IMG/VR virus record: IMGVR_UViG_3300006123_000510
Location: 1 to 28,772 of that record
Direction: 5' to 3' (one strand)
Origin: a virus
Lineage: Duplodnaviria; Caudoviricetes
DNA: 28,772 nucleotides
Shown here: positions 6,038-16,100 of the stretch, one piece after another
How the letters are laid out: each line of letters opens with the position of its first letter
Position numbering within the stretch: position 1 is the stretch's first letter
Position numbers and translations under genes: made by a program
Notes under the pieces: model-generated
Seen by the model: only the letters and a program-made list of their open reading frames with translations
The model's database searches: none
What the model was told of the DNA's origin: nothing

Positions 6038-9000
6038 ATGGCACAGGATAAAGTTCAAGGTTCAAAACCGTCAAAGTTCTATAACAGAGATGCGGTACCT
6101 GGATACAGATATGAGACAGCGACGCAGTTGGGCATAGTTGTGGACAATCTGAGTCCAGCTCGTGACGGTAGATTGCGTGTTTGGATTCCAGAGTTTGGCG
6201 GAGATCAGAAAAATCCCTTATTCTGGAGAACAGTAAACTACGCAAGCCCATATCTTGGCTCTACATATCAACCACAGTCTAGTCAGAACAATACATTCAC
6301 TGGTGTACAACACACATATGGTATGTGGATGGTTACTCCTGACATTGGCAGTCAAGTTCTATGTACTTTTGTAAACGGTGACCCAGAAAAAGGCTTTTGG
6401 TTTGCCTGTGTGCCAGCTAATCTGAGCAACTGGATGCTGCCAGCAGTGGGCGCCAGTGCTGCCAATGTAGACAAGACCACGGTCAGCGCAGATATAAAAC
6501 CCAGCATATTGCCAGATACCAATGTGCCTCCTCAGGTCTTGCCTGTTGCAGAATTTAATGAAAATGTTGAAAGTAATATCAACAGCACATTCTTTAACAA
6601 CAACAAACCCATACACGAGTTTCAGGCCAACATCTTATTCAAGCAGGGTCTAGACCGAGATCCTACTCGTGGAGCAATCAGCAGTAGCGCACAGCGTGAA
6701 ACACCTAGCCACGTGTTTGGTATATCGACTCCGGGTCGTGCTCTGACCAAAGACCCAGCAGATGATCCAGGCTATGCTGCCAAAGTAGCAGCGGGTAATA
6801 TCCCAAAAGATCAATATGCAGTGCCTACCAGAAAAGGTGGTCACAGCTTTGTTATGGATGACGGTGACATAAACGGAGTAGATCAACTGATTCGTTTACG
6901 CACTGCCAACGGTCATCAGATTTTGATGAACGATGACAAGTCTACAATTTACATTGCTCACAAAGATGGCACAAGCTGGGCAGAGATTGACGAGACTGGT
7001 ATCAAAATGTATACTGCTGGCGACTATAGTGTCAGAGCAGAAGGCACATTTAACCTACACGCTGACAAAGATATCAATATTCAAAGCGGTGGCACAATCA
7101 ATATGGTCAGTGAAACTGCATTTAACTTGAACAGTGCAGCAGTCAATCTTGGCGGTAGCGAGAGTTTCTTGATCTATGGCAACAAGACCAGCATTGGTTC
7201 TGGACAACTTGTTATGAGTGCAGATGGTAAACTAACAGTGAGCAGTGGTGGTGCTATGACAGTAAGTGGTAGTACTATTGATATCAATGGTGGCAGCGGT
7301 GGTAACAGTATCAGTATGCCAACGCTGGAAAAGAACAAACTTGCTGATACAACATTTGACGATAAGACAACTAAACTATGGTACAGTGTGCCACAAAGTG
7401 TTGACAGCGTTGTCACAATCTTACCAAGTCACGAACCCTGGGTCAGAACAGGCACTCCTGCTCCTACAACTAAATCTGTAAGCAGCAGTGTGTGTGCTCC
7501 TAAAACAGCCGGAGTTCCTGGCAGTTATACTTTACCAGCAGCCAATGGCAACAGCAACGATAAGGGTAAAGTCAACGGAGTTCCAACTCCGTGGTCAACT
7601 GACAAAGCATTTATTGCTAAAGTTCAGAGTGTTGCAACCAGCATAAACGCAAATTATATTGACTTGTTGGCTTGTATGGCCAACGAAACTGGGGCTACAT
7701 TTGACCCTGGACTAGTAAACAGTATTGGTGCAACAGGTCTTATTCAATTCTTGTCATCGACTGCTACAGGTCTTGGCACAAGTACAGCAATATTAAAAAC
7801 ACTGAGCAGAGTTGATCAGATGGACTGGGTCTTGAAGTTCTTCCAAGCACAGCGACTAAATCAAAAAGCTCCTACTCCTAAACTACAAGACTTGTATTTG
7901 TGTATCTACTGGCCCGCAGCAGTTGGTAAGCCAGACAGCTACATTGTTAACCCAGCTGGTAGTAAACAAGCAACACAGAATAAATCTTTGCAGGCTGCGG
8001 ATGGTAGCATTACTTGTGCCTCAGTAGGTGCAGCGGCAGCTAAATGGTTGCCGGTCATACAGCAAGCACTAGCCAATGCTGGTGTTCAAAGCCAAACTCC
8101 AGCAGCTCCAGCAGGTGCTATCACAGACGGTTCAGGTAATGCTATTAAAGATGGCAGTGGCAACCCAGTTCTGAGCGGGGCAGCAGCCACAGACATTGGT
8201 ATCTCTAACGCCAGTGGACAAGAAGTTGCACAGCCAACTTGTCCAGCAGAGTATTTGGCCAAGACAACAACATACGCCCCAGCTAACAATTTTGGAGCAA
8301 CTACTCCAAATCTAAGCACACAGCAGGCCAAAGCCATGATGGCAGAGTTGGGCTACTTCTTGAGTCAGTTCAACTACAGCTATACCAGCGGCGGTGGTGG
8401 TCTGATTGGTAAGTATGCAGTAGACGCACAATATCTAGCAGATGCTGGTTATATTAAACCAGATGCTGTCAAACAGTACGGCAACTCTGCTCTGAGCAAT
8501 ACAAACAGCTGGACTGGTCGTGACGGTATTCAGAGTCAAGACGACTTCTTTAACAGTCCAAATGTACAAGATACTATTCAGTTCAATGAGTTCACCGCCA
8601 GCTACACAGCACTAGTTGCCAACGGTGGTATTAAATCTGATGACGATGTTTGTACCGCAGCAGGTATGATGTTTGTTGTACACGAACTACGCACAGCAGC
8701 CGCAGCAAAACAATGGCGTGATAAAGGCGACGCAGCTATATCTTCTAGCAATGTGATGGACCCATCACTGACTGGTTCTGTGATGTATAATCAGGGCAGA
8801 TATGCTATTGACATTCTAGCAGCAGGTGGCGCAGTAAGCAGCGTAGCACAAACTGCTGGTCTCAGCGGAGAAAACACTACAGGTATTAACCCAGATGATG
8901 TGTTTGTGTTCAGCGGTGCAAGCGGAACTCGTGCAAACTTTGATCAGTTGAATGGTACATTCAAAGATGCTATCTTAAAAATGGCAAAAGACTTCAAAGC

Positions 9001-9310
9001 AAAATCTGGTAGTAAAGTTACGATCACCAGTGCATATCGTAGCCCAGCAGATCAGGATGCAATCTATCAACGCTGGCTAGCAGCGGGTGGCGGACCAAAC
9101 AACCCAACAGCGGGCGGCATCACAACTCCTGCTAAACCATTGAGTCAGGGTGGCAAAGGTAGCCCACATAACAGTGGCGTGGCTATCGATAGCTCACAAT
9201 GCCCATTGATCAGCAGAACAGTTGATTTGCCAAGTTATGGTCTACGTTGGGGCGGTACATTTACTAAACCTGACGCAGTTCACATTCAACTAGCAAATGC
9301 ATCGCAATAA
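6038..9310 (+). CDS. gp5: Central spike gp5-like protein: OB-fold, beta-helix, lytic transglycosylase-like domain, second lysozyme-like domain, M15 Zn peptidase
   Basis: OB-fold motifs DGRLRVWIP and PDIGSQVLCTFVNGD; beta-helix starting GHSFVMDD/GHQILMND; MANETGATFDP...GATGLIQF (lysozyme/SLT-like); ITSAYRS...SPHNSGVAID...WGG...DAVH (peptidase M15). Confidence 0.88.
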   Translation: MAQDKVQGSKPSKFYNRDAVPGYRYETATQLGIVVDNLSPARDGRLRVWIPEFGGDQKNPLFWRTVNYASPYLGSTYQPQSSQNNTFTGVQHTYGMWMVTPDIGSQVLCTFVNGDPEKGFWFACVPANLSNWMLPAVGASAANVDKTTVSADIKPSILPDTNVPPQVLPVAEFNENVESNINSTFFNNNKPIHEFQANILFKQGLDRDPTRGAISSSAQRETPSHVFGISTPGRALTKDPADDPGYAAKVAAGNIPKDQYAVPTRKGGHSFVMDDGDINGVDQLIRLRTANGHQILMNDDKSTIYIAHKDGTSWAEIDETGIKMYTAGDYSVRAEGTFNLHADKDINIQSGGTINMVSETAFNLNSAAVNLGGSESFLIYGNKTSIGSGQLVMSADGKLTVSSGGAMTVSGSTIDINGGSGGNSISMPTLEKNKLADTTFDDKTTKLWYSVPQSVDSVVTILPSHEPWVRTGTPAPTTKSVSSSVCAPKTAGVPGSYTLPAANGNSNDKGKVNGVPTPWSTDKAFIAKVQSVATSINANYIDLLACMANETGATFDPGLVNSIGATGLIQFLSSTATGLGTSTAILKTLSRVDQMDWVLKFFQAQRLNQKAPTPKLQDLYLCIYWPAAVGKPDSYIVNPAGSKQATQNKSLQAADGSITCASVGAAAAKWLPVIQQALANAGVQSQTPAAPAGAITDGSGNAIKDGSGNPVLSGAAATDIGISNASGQEVAQPTCPAEYLAKTTTYAPANNFGATTPNLSTQQAKAMMAELGYFLSQFNYSYTSGGGGLIGKYAVDAQYLADAGYIKPDAVKQYGNSALSNTNSWTGRDGIQSQDDFFNSPNVQDTIQFNEFTASYTALVANGGIKSDDDVCTAAGMMFVVHELRTAAAAKQWRDKGDAAISSSNVMDPSLTGSVMYNQGRYAIDILAAGGAVSSVAQTAGLSGENTTGINPDDVFVFSGASGTRANFDQLNGTFKDAILKMAKDFKAKSGSKVTITSAYRSPADQDAIYQRWLAAGGGPNNPTAGGITTPAKPLSQGGKGSPHNSGVAIDSSQCPLISRTVDLPSYGLRWGGTFTKPDAVHIQLANASQ

Positions 9311-9313
9311 ATA
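9306..9313 (+). promoter_or_regulatory. T4-type late promoter (AATAAATA) overlapping the gp5 stop codon
   Basis: ATAAATA core ends 7 nt before the gp25 ATG. Confidence 0.55.
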
Positions 9314-9320
9314 CTAGACT

Positions 9321-9707
9321 ATGGCAATATTATATCGTGGGTTCAGTACAGTAAATCGCAGCAAGAAGTTTCGTGCTAACGATTTTGATTTGGTTAAACA
9401 AGACTTGTTGAATCATTTCAGCATACGTAAGGGCGAAAAACTGATGCAGCCAAACTTTGGTAGCATCATATGGAGCTTGTTGTTTGAACCCATGGATGAT
9501 CATATCAATCAAGTGATTGTTGATGATGTAAAACGCATTGTAGGCTATGATCCTAGATTGGGTTTACAGAACATCACAGTGATTACTCAGGACTATGGGC
9601 TACAAATTGAGCTGGATTTAGTCTATATCCCAACCAATCAGGCGTCAAAAATGAGTCTGCAATTTGACTCTAACTCTAGTACTCTGAGTGCTGGCGGCAC
9701 ATATTAA
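9321..9707 (+). CDS. gp25: Baseplate wedge / sheath initiator, gp25-like
   Basis: VKQDLLNHFSIRKGEKLMQPNFGS..WSLLFEP...YDPR matches the gpW/gp25 family. Canonical position between gp5 and gp6. Confidence 0.92.
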   Translation: MAILYRGFSTVNRSKKFRANDFDLVKQDLLNHFSIRKGEKLMQPNFGSIIWSLLFEPMDDHINQVIVDDVKRIVGYDPRLGLQNITVITQDYGLQIELDLVYIPTNQASKMSLQFDSNSSTLSAGGTY

Positions 9708-9730
9708 TAAACTACGCACATTTTGATTTT

Positions 9731-9738
9731 GATAAATA
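9731..9738 (+). promoter_or_regulatory. T4-type late promoter (GATAAATA)
   Basis: Intergenic, 22 nt before the gp6 ATG. Confidence 0.7.
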
Positions 9739-9760
9739 CATCATAACGGATGTATTTTAA

Positions 9761-12700
9761 ATGTCAATCACAACTCGTCAGACTAACCTACTCGTAAACC
9801 AAGACTGGACAACGGTTTACCAAACATTTAAGCAGGCCGACTTCCAAAGTTACGACTTTGAAACTCTACGCAAGACCATGATTGATTACTTGCGTACCTA
9901 CTATCCAGAAGATTTCAACGATTTCACAGAAAGCAGTGAGTTCATTGCCTTAATCGATCTTATAGCATTCTTGGGTCAGAGTTTGTCGTTCCGCGCGGAT
10001 ATGAATGCCCGTGAAAACTTCTTTGACACAGCAGAACGCCGTGACAGCATTCTTAAACTTGCTCGTCTAATTAGTTACAACCCTAAACGTAACATTGGTG
10101 CAAGCGGATATTTAAAGTTTGACAGCGTTAGCACAACTGAAAACGTATTTGACAGTAACGGTCTTAATCTAAGCAACATCCAAATCAACTGGAATGATAT
10201 GGCCAATGCTGATTGGCAAGAGCAGTTTACCACAGTACTGAACGCTGCCCTTATCAACAATCAGGCCATTGGCAAACCAGGTAATAGTAAAACAATTGCT
10301 GGTATTCAAAATGACGAATACACAATCAACTTAACCCCTGGTGTTATTCCAAGACAGACATTCAATGCCGTTGTTGAGAACAGCAGTATGCCATTTGAAG
10401 CAGTCAGTGCAACTAGTTCTGGTCAAGATTATATCTATGAACCAGATCCAATCCCAGCTGGCAAGTTCAACATCTTGTATAAAAATGACAACTTAGGTGT
10501 AAACAGTGTAAACACTGGCTACTTCTTGTTCTTCAAACAGGGCAGCTTGGCTACACAAGATTTTAATCTGACTCAGAGTTTGCCAAATCGTGTAGTCAGC
10601 GTTAACTACAACAACATCAACAACAACGATGTTTGGCTATATCAGCTAGATGTAAACGGTAACCCAGCGACAGCTTGGTCTGCTGTGCCTGCTGTGGCTG
10701 GTATTAACGTTATCTACAATCAAAGTACAAATCGTAACCTATATCAAATCAACAGTCGTACCAACGATCAGATTGATCTAGTGTTTGGTGACGGTAGCTT
10801 TGCCAACATCCCACAAAACATCTTTAGATTGTATTACAGAACTAGCAATGGCTTGCAATACAAGATTACACCTGACGAAATGCAAAGCGTTGTTCTATCG
10901 TTTGCTTATGTCAGCAGAAACAATACAGTCGAAACTCTGACAGTAACTGCAAGTCTACAGTACACAGTTACAAACTCACAAACTCGTGAAAGTATTGATG
11001 ATATTCGTGCTAAAGCTCCTGCTCAGTACTACACACAAAACCGTATGGTTACAGGGGAAGATTACAATCTTTTCCCATACACTAACTTTAGCAGCATCTT
11101 AAAAGCCAAAGCAGTTAACCGCACAAGTTCAGGCACAAGTAGATTCTTGGATGTGCTTGACGTTACTGGCAAGTATAGCAGCACAAACATTTTCTGTGCT
11201 GATGGTATCTTGTACGAACAACAACCAAATGTATCTACTACATTTAGCTTTAACTCTGCTCAGGACGTTTATCAGGCAATCTATAACACAGTTGCTCCCA
11301 TAGTTGCTGGCACTCCAATGTTGCAGTATTACTATGCCAACTTCCCACGCTATACAGCACCTGCAGGTACTACTTGGAGCAAGAGCAGCGCCTCTAGCAA
11401 CAGCAGCACTGGTTACTTTGTAAATGGTAGCAACGTTGTACAGCAAACTGGTACAGGTGTAAGCTCGAACTTAAAATACATCACTGCTGGCGCATTGATT
11501 AAGTTTACTGCTGGCACTGGTAACTACTTTGACGCACAGAATAATATTCAAACTGGAACTCCACAATATGCAAATCAAAAGACATATTTGTGGGCCAGTG
11601 TAGTCAGTGCTAACGCTGGCTATCAGGCACAACTAAGTCAGAATATCCCAACTGGTGCAGTAGTAGCCAGTATCATTCCAGTGTTTAAAAATGCATTGCC
11701 AACTGGCGCATTTGTTGCACAACTTGTTAGACTGCTACAAAGTTATCAAAACGTTGGGGTTGGCTACAACAACAGCACGCAAAGCTGGCAAATCATCTTG
11801 CCACAGAACTTGAATTTGGGCGCATTTAGTTTAACTAATCAGGGCGATACTTCGGGTGCTGGACTTGACAGCAGCTGGATGCTGGCATTCACTTATAACG
11901 GTATTAACTACAATATTGCACAGCGTGGGCTTGAGTACATCTTCCAAAGTAACAGAGAAACTCGTTTCTACTTTGATCCAGATGTTAAAACATTTGACAG
12001 TAGTACTGGCCTAACCATCAATGATCAAATCACAGTGTTGCAAACAAACACACAATCTGACAGTGCAGCGCCACTGGGTCAAAATCAAACTTGGTACATC
12101 TATGACAGAGTTATCGATCAGGATGGCTACGTAGATAACACTCAGGTCAAAGTTACTTTCCCAGAAACTAACAATGACGATGTGCCAGATGATCCTGATC
12201 TGTTTACAAACATTGTAAACCCCACAGTGAACCCAACCTACAAGTATGTCTATTTTCAAGAACTAACTGGTACAGACAACTTCTTGACCACAGTGCCAGT
12301 GGATAACTCAACTGTGGTCAGTATCTATGCAACTCAGAGTGCAATCACTGCTAACTGGAACTTGTACTTAAACGGACAAGTATTCTACGCTACCGGCGAA
12401 AACAATTTCTATCAACTAGTAATCAGCAGCACTAACAGCAGAAGTTTGACATTGTTGTCTAACTACGTTGCACAAGTTGGTCGTCAGAATTTACAGTTCC
12501 AATATCGTCACAGCAGTCCAAACGACCGTCGTATCGATCCAGCTCCAAACAACTTGATCGACTTGTACATCTTGACTACACAGTACAGTCAGGATTACTT
12601 GGCGTGGATTCAAGACACAACTGGTACTGTTACTGAACCAAGTTTGCCAACCAACGATGATTTGAAATCAGAGTATGGTACTGGCACAACAAGTCTAGAA

Positions 12701-13141
12701 AACTACAAAGCAATCAGCGACACTCTGGTCTACAACACTGGCAAATATAAGCCATTGTTTGGTGCTAAAGCAGATCCAAGTCTGCAAGCAACATTCAAGG
12801 TAGTTAAGAATCCAAATGCCAACGTCAGCGACAATGACGTTATCAGTGGAGTCGTTTCTGCATTGAATACCTACTTTGATACAGCAAACTGGAGCTTTGG
12901 TGATACATTCTATTTCAGTGAATTGAGCACATACTTGCACAATGCACTAGCTCCAAACGTAGCCAGTGTTATCATTGTTCCATCAAGTACAGATATTGCA
13001 TTTGGCGGTCTATTGCAAATCAATAGTAACCCAGATGAAATCATGGTCAGCGCAGCAACAGCAGAGAACGTACAGATTATCAGCGCAATTACCGCAGCAC
13101 AAATTAATCAAACCTTAGCAGGATTGGGAATCGTAATTTAA
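9761..13141 (+). CDS. gp6: Baseplate wedge protein, gp6-like (extended, 1126 aa)
   Basis: DFETLRKTMIDYL, ENFFDTAERRDSILKLARLISYNPKR, LVFGDG and ESIDDIRAKAP...QNRMVTGEDY are gp6/baseplate-J signatures. Confidence 0.9.
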   Translation: MSITTRQTNLLVNQDWTTVYQTFKQADFQSYDFETLRKTMIDYLRTYYPEDFNDFTESSEFIALIDLIAFLGQSLSFRADMNARENFFDTAERRDSILKLARLISYNPKRNIGASGYLKFDSVSTTENVFDSNGLNLSNIQINWNDMANADWQEQFTTVLNAALINNQAIGKPGNSKTIAGIQNDEYTINLTPGVIPRQTFNAVVENSSMPFEAVSATSSGQDYIYEPDPIPAGKFNILYKNDNLGVNSVNTGYFLFFKQGSLATQDFNLTQSLPNRVVSVNYNNINNNDVWLYQLDVNGNPATAWSAVPAVAGINVIYNQSTNRNLYQINSRTNDQIDLVFGDGSFANIPQNIFRLYYRTSNGLQYKITPDEMQSVVLSFAYVSRNNTVETLTVTASLQYTVTNSQTRESIDDIRAKAPAQYYTQNRMVTGEDYNLFPYTNFSSILKAKAVNRTSSGTSRFLDVLDVTGKYSSTNIFCADGILYEQQPNVSTTFSFNSAQDVYQAIYNTVAPIVAGTPMLQYYYANFPRYTAPAGTTWSKSSASSNSSTGYFVNGSNVVQQTGTGVSSNLKYITAGALIKFTAGTGNYFDAQNNIQTGTPQYANQKTYLWASVVSANAGYQAQLSQNIPTGAVVASIIPVFKNALPTGAFVAQLVRLLQSYQNVGVGYNNSTQSWQIILPQNLNLGAFSLTNQGDTSGAGLDSSWMLAFTYNGINYNIAQRGLEYIFQSNRETRFYFDPDVKTFDSSTGLTINDQITVLQTNTQSDSAAPLGQNQTWYIYDRVIDQDGYVDNTQVKVTFPETNNDDVPDDPDLFTNIVNPTVNPTYKYVYFQELTGTDNFLTTVPVDNSTVVSIYATQSAITANWNLYLNGQVFYATGENNFYQLVISSTNSRSLTLLSNYVAQVGRQNLQFQYRHSSPNDRRIDPAPNNLIDLYILTTQYSQDYLAWIQDTTGTVTEPSLPTNDDLKSEYGTGTTSLENYKAISDTLVYNTGKYKPLFGAKADPSLQATFKVVKNPNANVSDNDVISGVVSALNTYFDTANWSFGDTFYFSELSTYLHNALAPNVASVIIVPSSTDIAFGGLLQINSNPDEIMVSAATAENVQIISAITAAQINQTLAGLGIVI

Positions 13142-13142
13142 T

Positions 13143-16100
13143 ATGGCACAAATTAAGACAAGCAACTTCTTACCAGAAATCTTTAGAACTGAGACCAATC
13201 AAAAGTTTCTAAATGCTACGCTAGATCAGTTGGTAACACAACCTGATCTGCGTAATATTAATGGTTATGTGGGTCGTAAGTTTGCTCCTACTTTTAAAAG
13301 TACAGACAACTATCAACCTGAACCCACAGCGTTGCGTCAAAACTATCAGCTAGAACCTAGCATTGTTGTAAAAAACAAAATTACTGGTAACACAGATTTC
13401 TTTAGCAGTTACATTGATTTGTTGCAACAGATCGGTCACTACGGCGGATTCACAAACAATCAAACACGCCTGTTCAGCGGCGAGAGTTATAGCTATGGTG
13501 GTTTGTTTGACTTTGACAAATTCATTAACTTCAACCAGTACTACTGGCTAGAAAATGGCCCGCAGGCAGTTAGTGTCTATGCTAGTGAAATTCCCACATC
13601 AGAAACTTTTACAGTAACTCGTGATCCTGCGACTGGAAGCTACAAGTTCAGCACAGCAGCTGGGGTAGAAAACCCACAGATTCAACTTGCCTACGGTGGT
13701 ACATACAAGTTCATCGTCAATCAACCTGGATACCCATTTTGGATTCAGACTGATCCTGGCACAAGCGGTACAAAAAACAATCAGACTAAACTTTCTAGTC
13801 GTGATGTATTGGGTGTTACTAACAACGGTACAGATGTTGGTACAATCACATTTAAAGTTCCACAACCAACAGCACAAGATTTCTTTGTACGTATGGCATT
13901 GGCTGGTAGTGCTGACCTAAGTACTGCACTGAGCTACAATAAAGTTCAAGGTCAACGCCTAAGTGCCATCAAGTCAGCTGGTGAAAACGGCTTTGACGGC
14001 GTTAGCGCAATCAACCAAATCAATTTGAAGTCTCTGATCTTTGTTAACAAAGACCTAGATGACGCTTCTTGGACTGTGAACGGCACAACTGTGCCTACAA
14101 TCAATCGCAGAAACGCTTGGCAAATTAGTTTGAGCAACGACACTGACCCAATCGTCACGTTGAATCCATTGTTGCAGGCATTTACGATTGGATCTTTGCA
14201 AAAAGTGTTTGTGCGTAGCGGTCTGTCTCGTGCAGAGTTTACGTACTATCTTGCTCCTGATTACTTACAATTGAACTTGTTCAATCAAATGCCAGATATT
14301 ACTGCGCCTTTGACTACTCTTTACTATCAAGATAACTCTAACGCAGCAATGGTTGGACCATTCAGTTTACTTGTGGCAACTAACAGCGTAATAGATGTTG
14401 AAAACACTATTTTGGGCGCCAATGGATACAAAAGTCCAAATGGTGTAACATTTACCAATGGTCTCAAAATCACATTTGACGATACTGCAACTCCAGCAGC
14501 ATATCAAAATAACACATACTATGTAGAAGGTGTGGGCGAATCAATCAGATTGATTGATGTGACAACATTGATTAATCCAGAAGCATTCGCAGCCAACGGG
14601 TTGGGCACACAGGATTATATCACTATCAACCGTTCAAGCATTGACTTGAACCCTTGGTCTCGTAGTAATCGTTGGTTCCACGTTGACGTTATTAACGCAG
14701 CAGCGGCCTACAACAATACAACAGCAGTATTTGATCAAAACTTACGTGCAAGTCGTCCGATCATTGAGTTTGAAGCAGACACACAACTATTCAACTATGG
14801 TCGTGTTGCGATTCCTCCCATCGATCTGATTAACTTTGATATTACAGACAGCAGAAACGCCATCGAGTTGCAGAACTATGGTGTACACGTAGATGGTGTC
14901 AAACTAGAGCAGGGTATGCGCATCGTATTTGCCAACGACTTTGACCCCACAGTCAGAGGCAAAATATTCGAAGTCAATGTAGTTTACATTGCATCTTTGG
15001 GTAACAATGTAATTAACTTGGTACCGTCAACAGAAACAGTTGTTGCAAATAACAATATTGTTGTGCTCTCTGGCCCATACCAAGGCGTACAATACTACTA
15101 CAATGGCTCAAACTGGATACAAGGTCAAGAGAAAACTCAGCTAAATCAGGCTCCTTTGTTTGATGTTTTTGACGCATCTGGGGTTAGTATCTCAACATAC
15201 ACTAACAGTACTTTTGCTGGTACAAAGATTTTCTCTTATACTCCTAATACAAAAACAGGAGCAGTAGCAGATCCAATATTGGGTTTCCCGCTAACCTACA
15301 GAAACTTTAATCAGATTGGTGACATTCAATTTGATAACAACTTTGACACAGATACATTCACTTATGTAGACGGTAACGGAACTACACAAAGCGGCATTGA
15401 TATTAACAGTGTCGGCTGGCTACAAAAGAACAAAGATATTTCAACTACTGTAATCAAAAACAGCTGGAATACCAATGTTGAAAAAGAAAAGCAGTTCCAA
15501 GTTATCAGCGGTATCTATGATGGTAAGAACAGCTACTTTAAAATTGACTTGGCTGCAAGCACAGAAGCTACAGTCCCTTATTTCAGAGTATACAAAAATG
15601 CTATACAAATTACTGGATGGGAAACTGTAACAGTTGGGGTGTTGAACTATGTTCACATCACAGACTCTGCGTTGACTACTGGTGACCAGATTGATATTTT
15701 GATTTATAACAGCAGTCAGGTCAGTCAGCTTGGCTACTACGAAGTTCCAAAGAACTTGGACTATAACAGTGAGAACAAAAACTTCAACACTCTGACACTG
15801 GGTCAGCTACGTAATCACATCAGCACTATGGTTGCTAACAGCAATCAGGTTACTGGTAGTTTCCCAGGTGCTAGTAACTTACGTGACCTGAACATCAAGG
15901 GTCAGGGCGGTAGTATTTTACAACACGCAAGTCCTGTGTTGTACAGCGCATTGTTCTTGGTTGACGAGAACGCAAACTTCATCAAAGGCCTAGACCTAGC
16001 TCGTAGAGAATACAGCAAACTCAAGAACAAGATTGTTGAATTGAGTATGCGCACCAGCGGTTTGGACTTCACAAACATTCCAGCACTGCTTGATACATTA

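Noticed and set aside
6031-6040. AATAAATG as a late promoter for gp5
   Set aside because: The last base mismatches and the motif overlaps the start codon, so a transcript would begin inside the gene.
2040-13141. Reading the cluster as a bacterial eCIS, T6SS or tailocin
   Set aside because: The linked gp55-like sigma, repeated ATAAATA late boxes, T4-type gp6 and multiple fibre genes point to a phage. No head genes are in the window, so this is not absolute.
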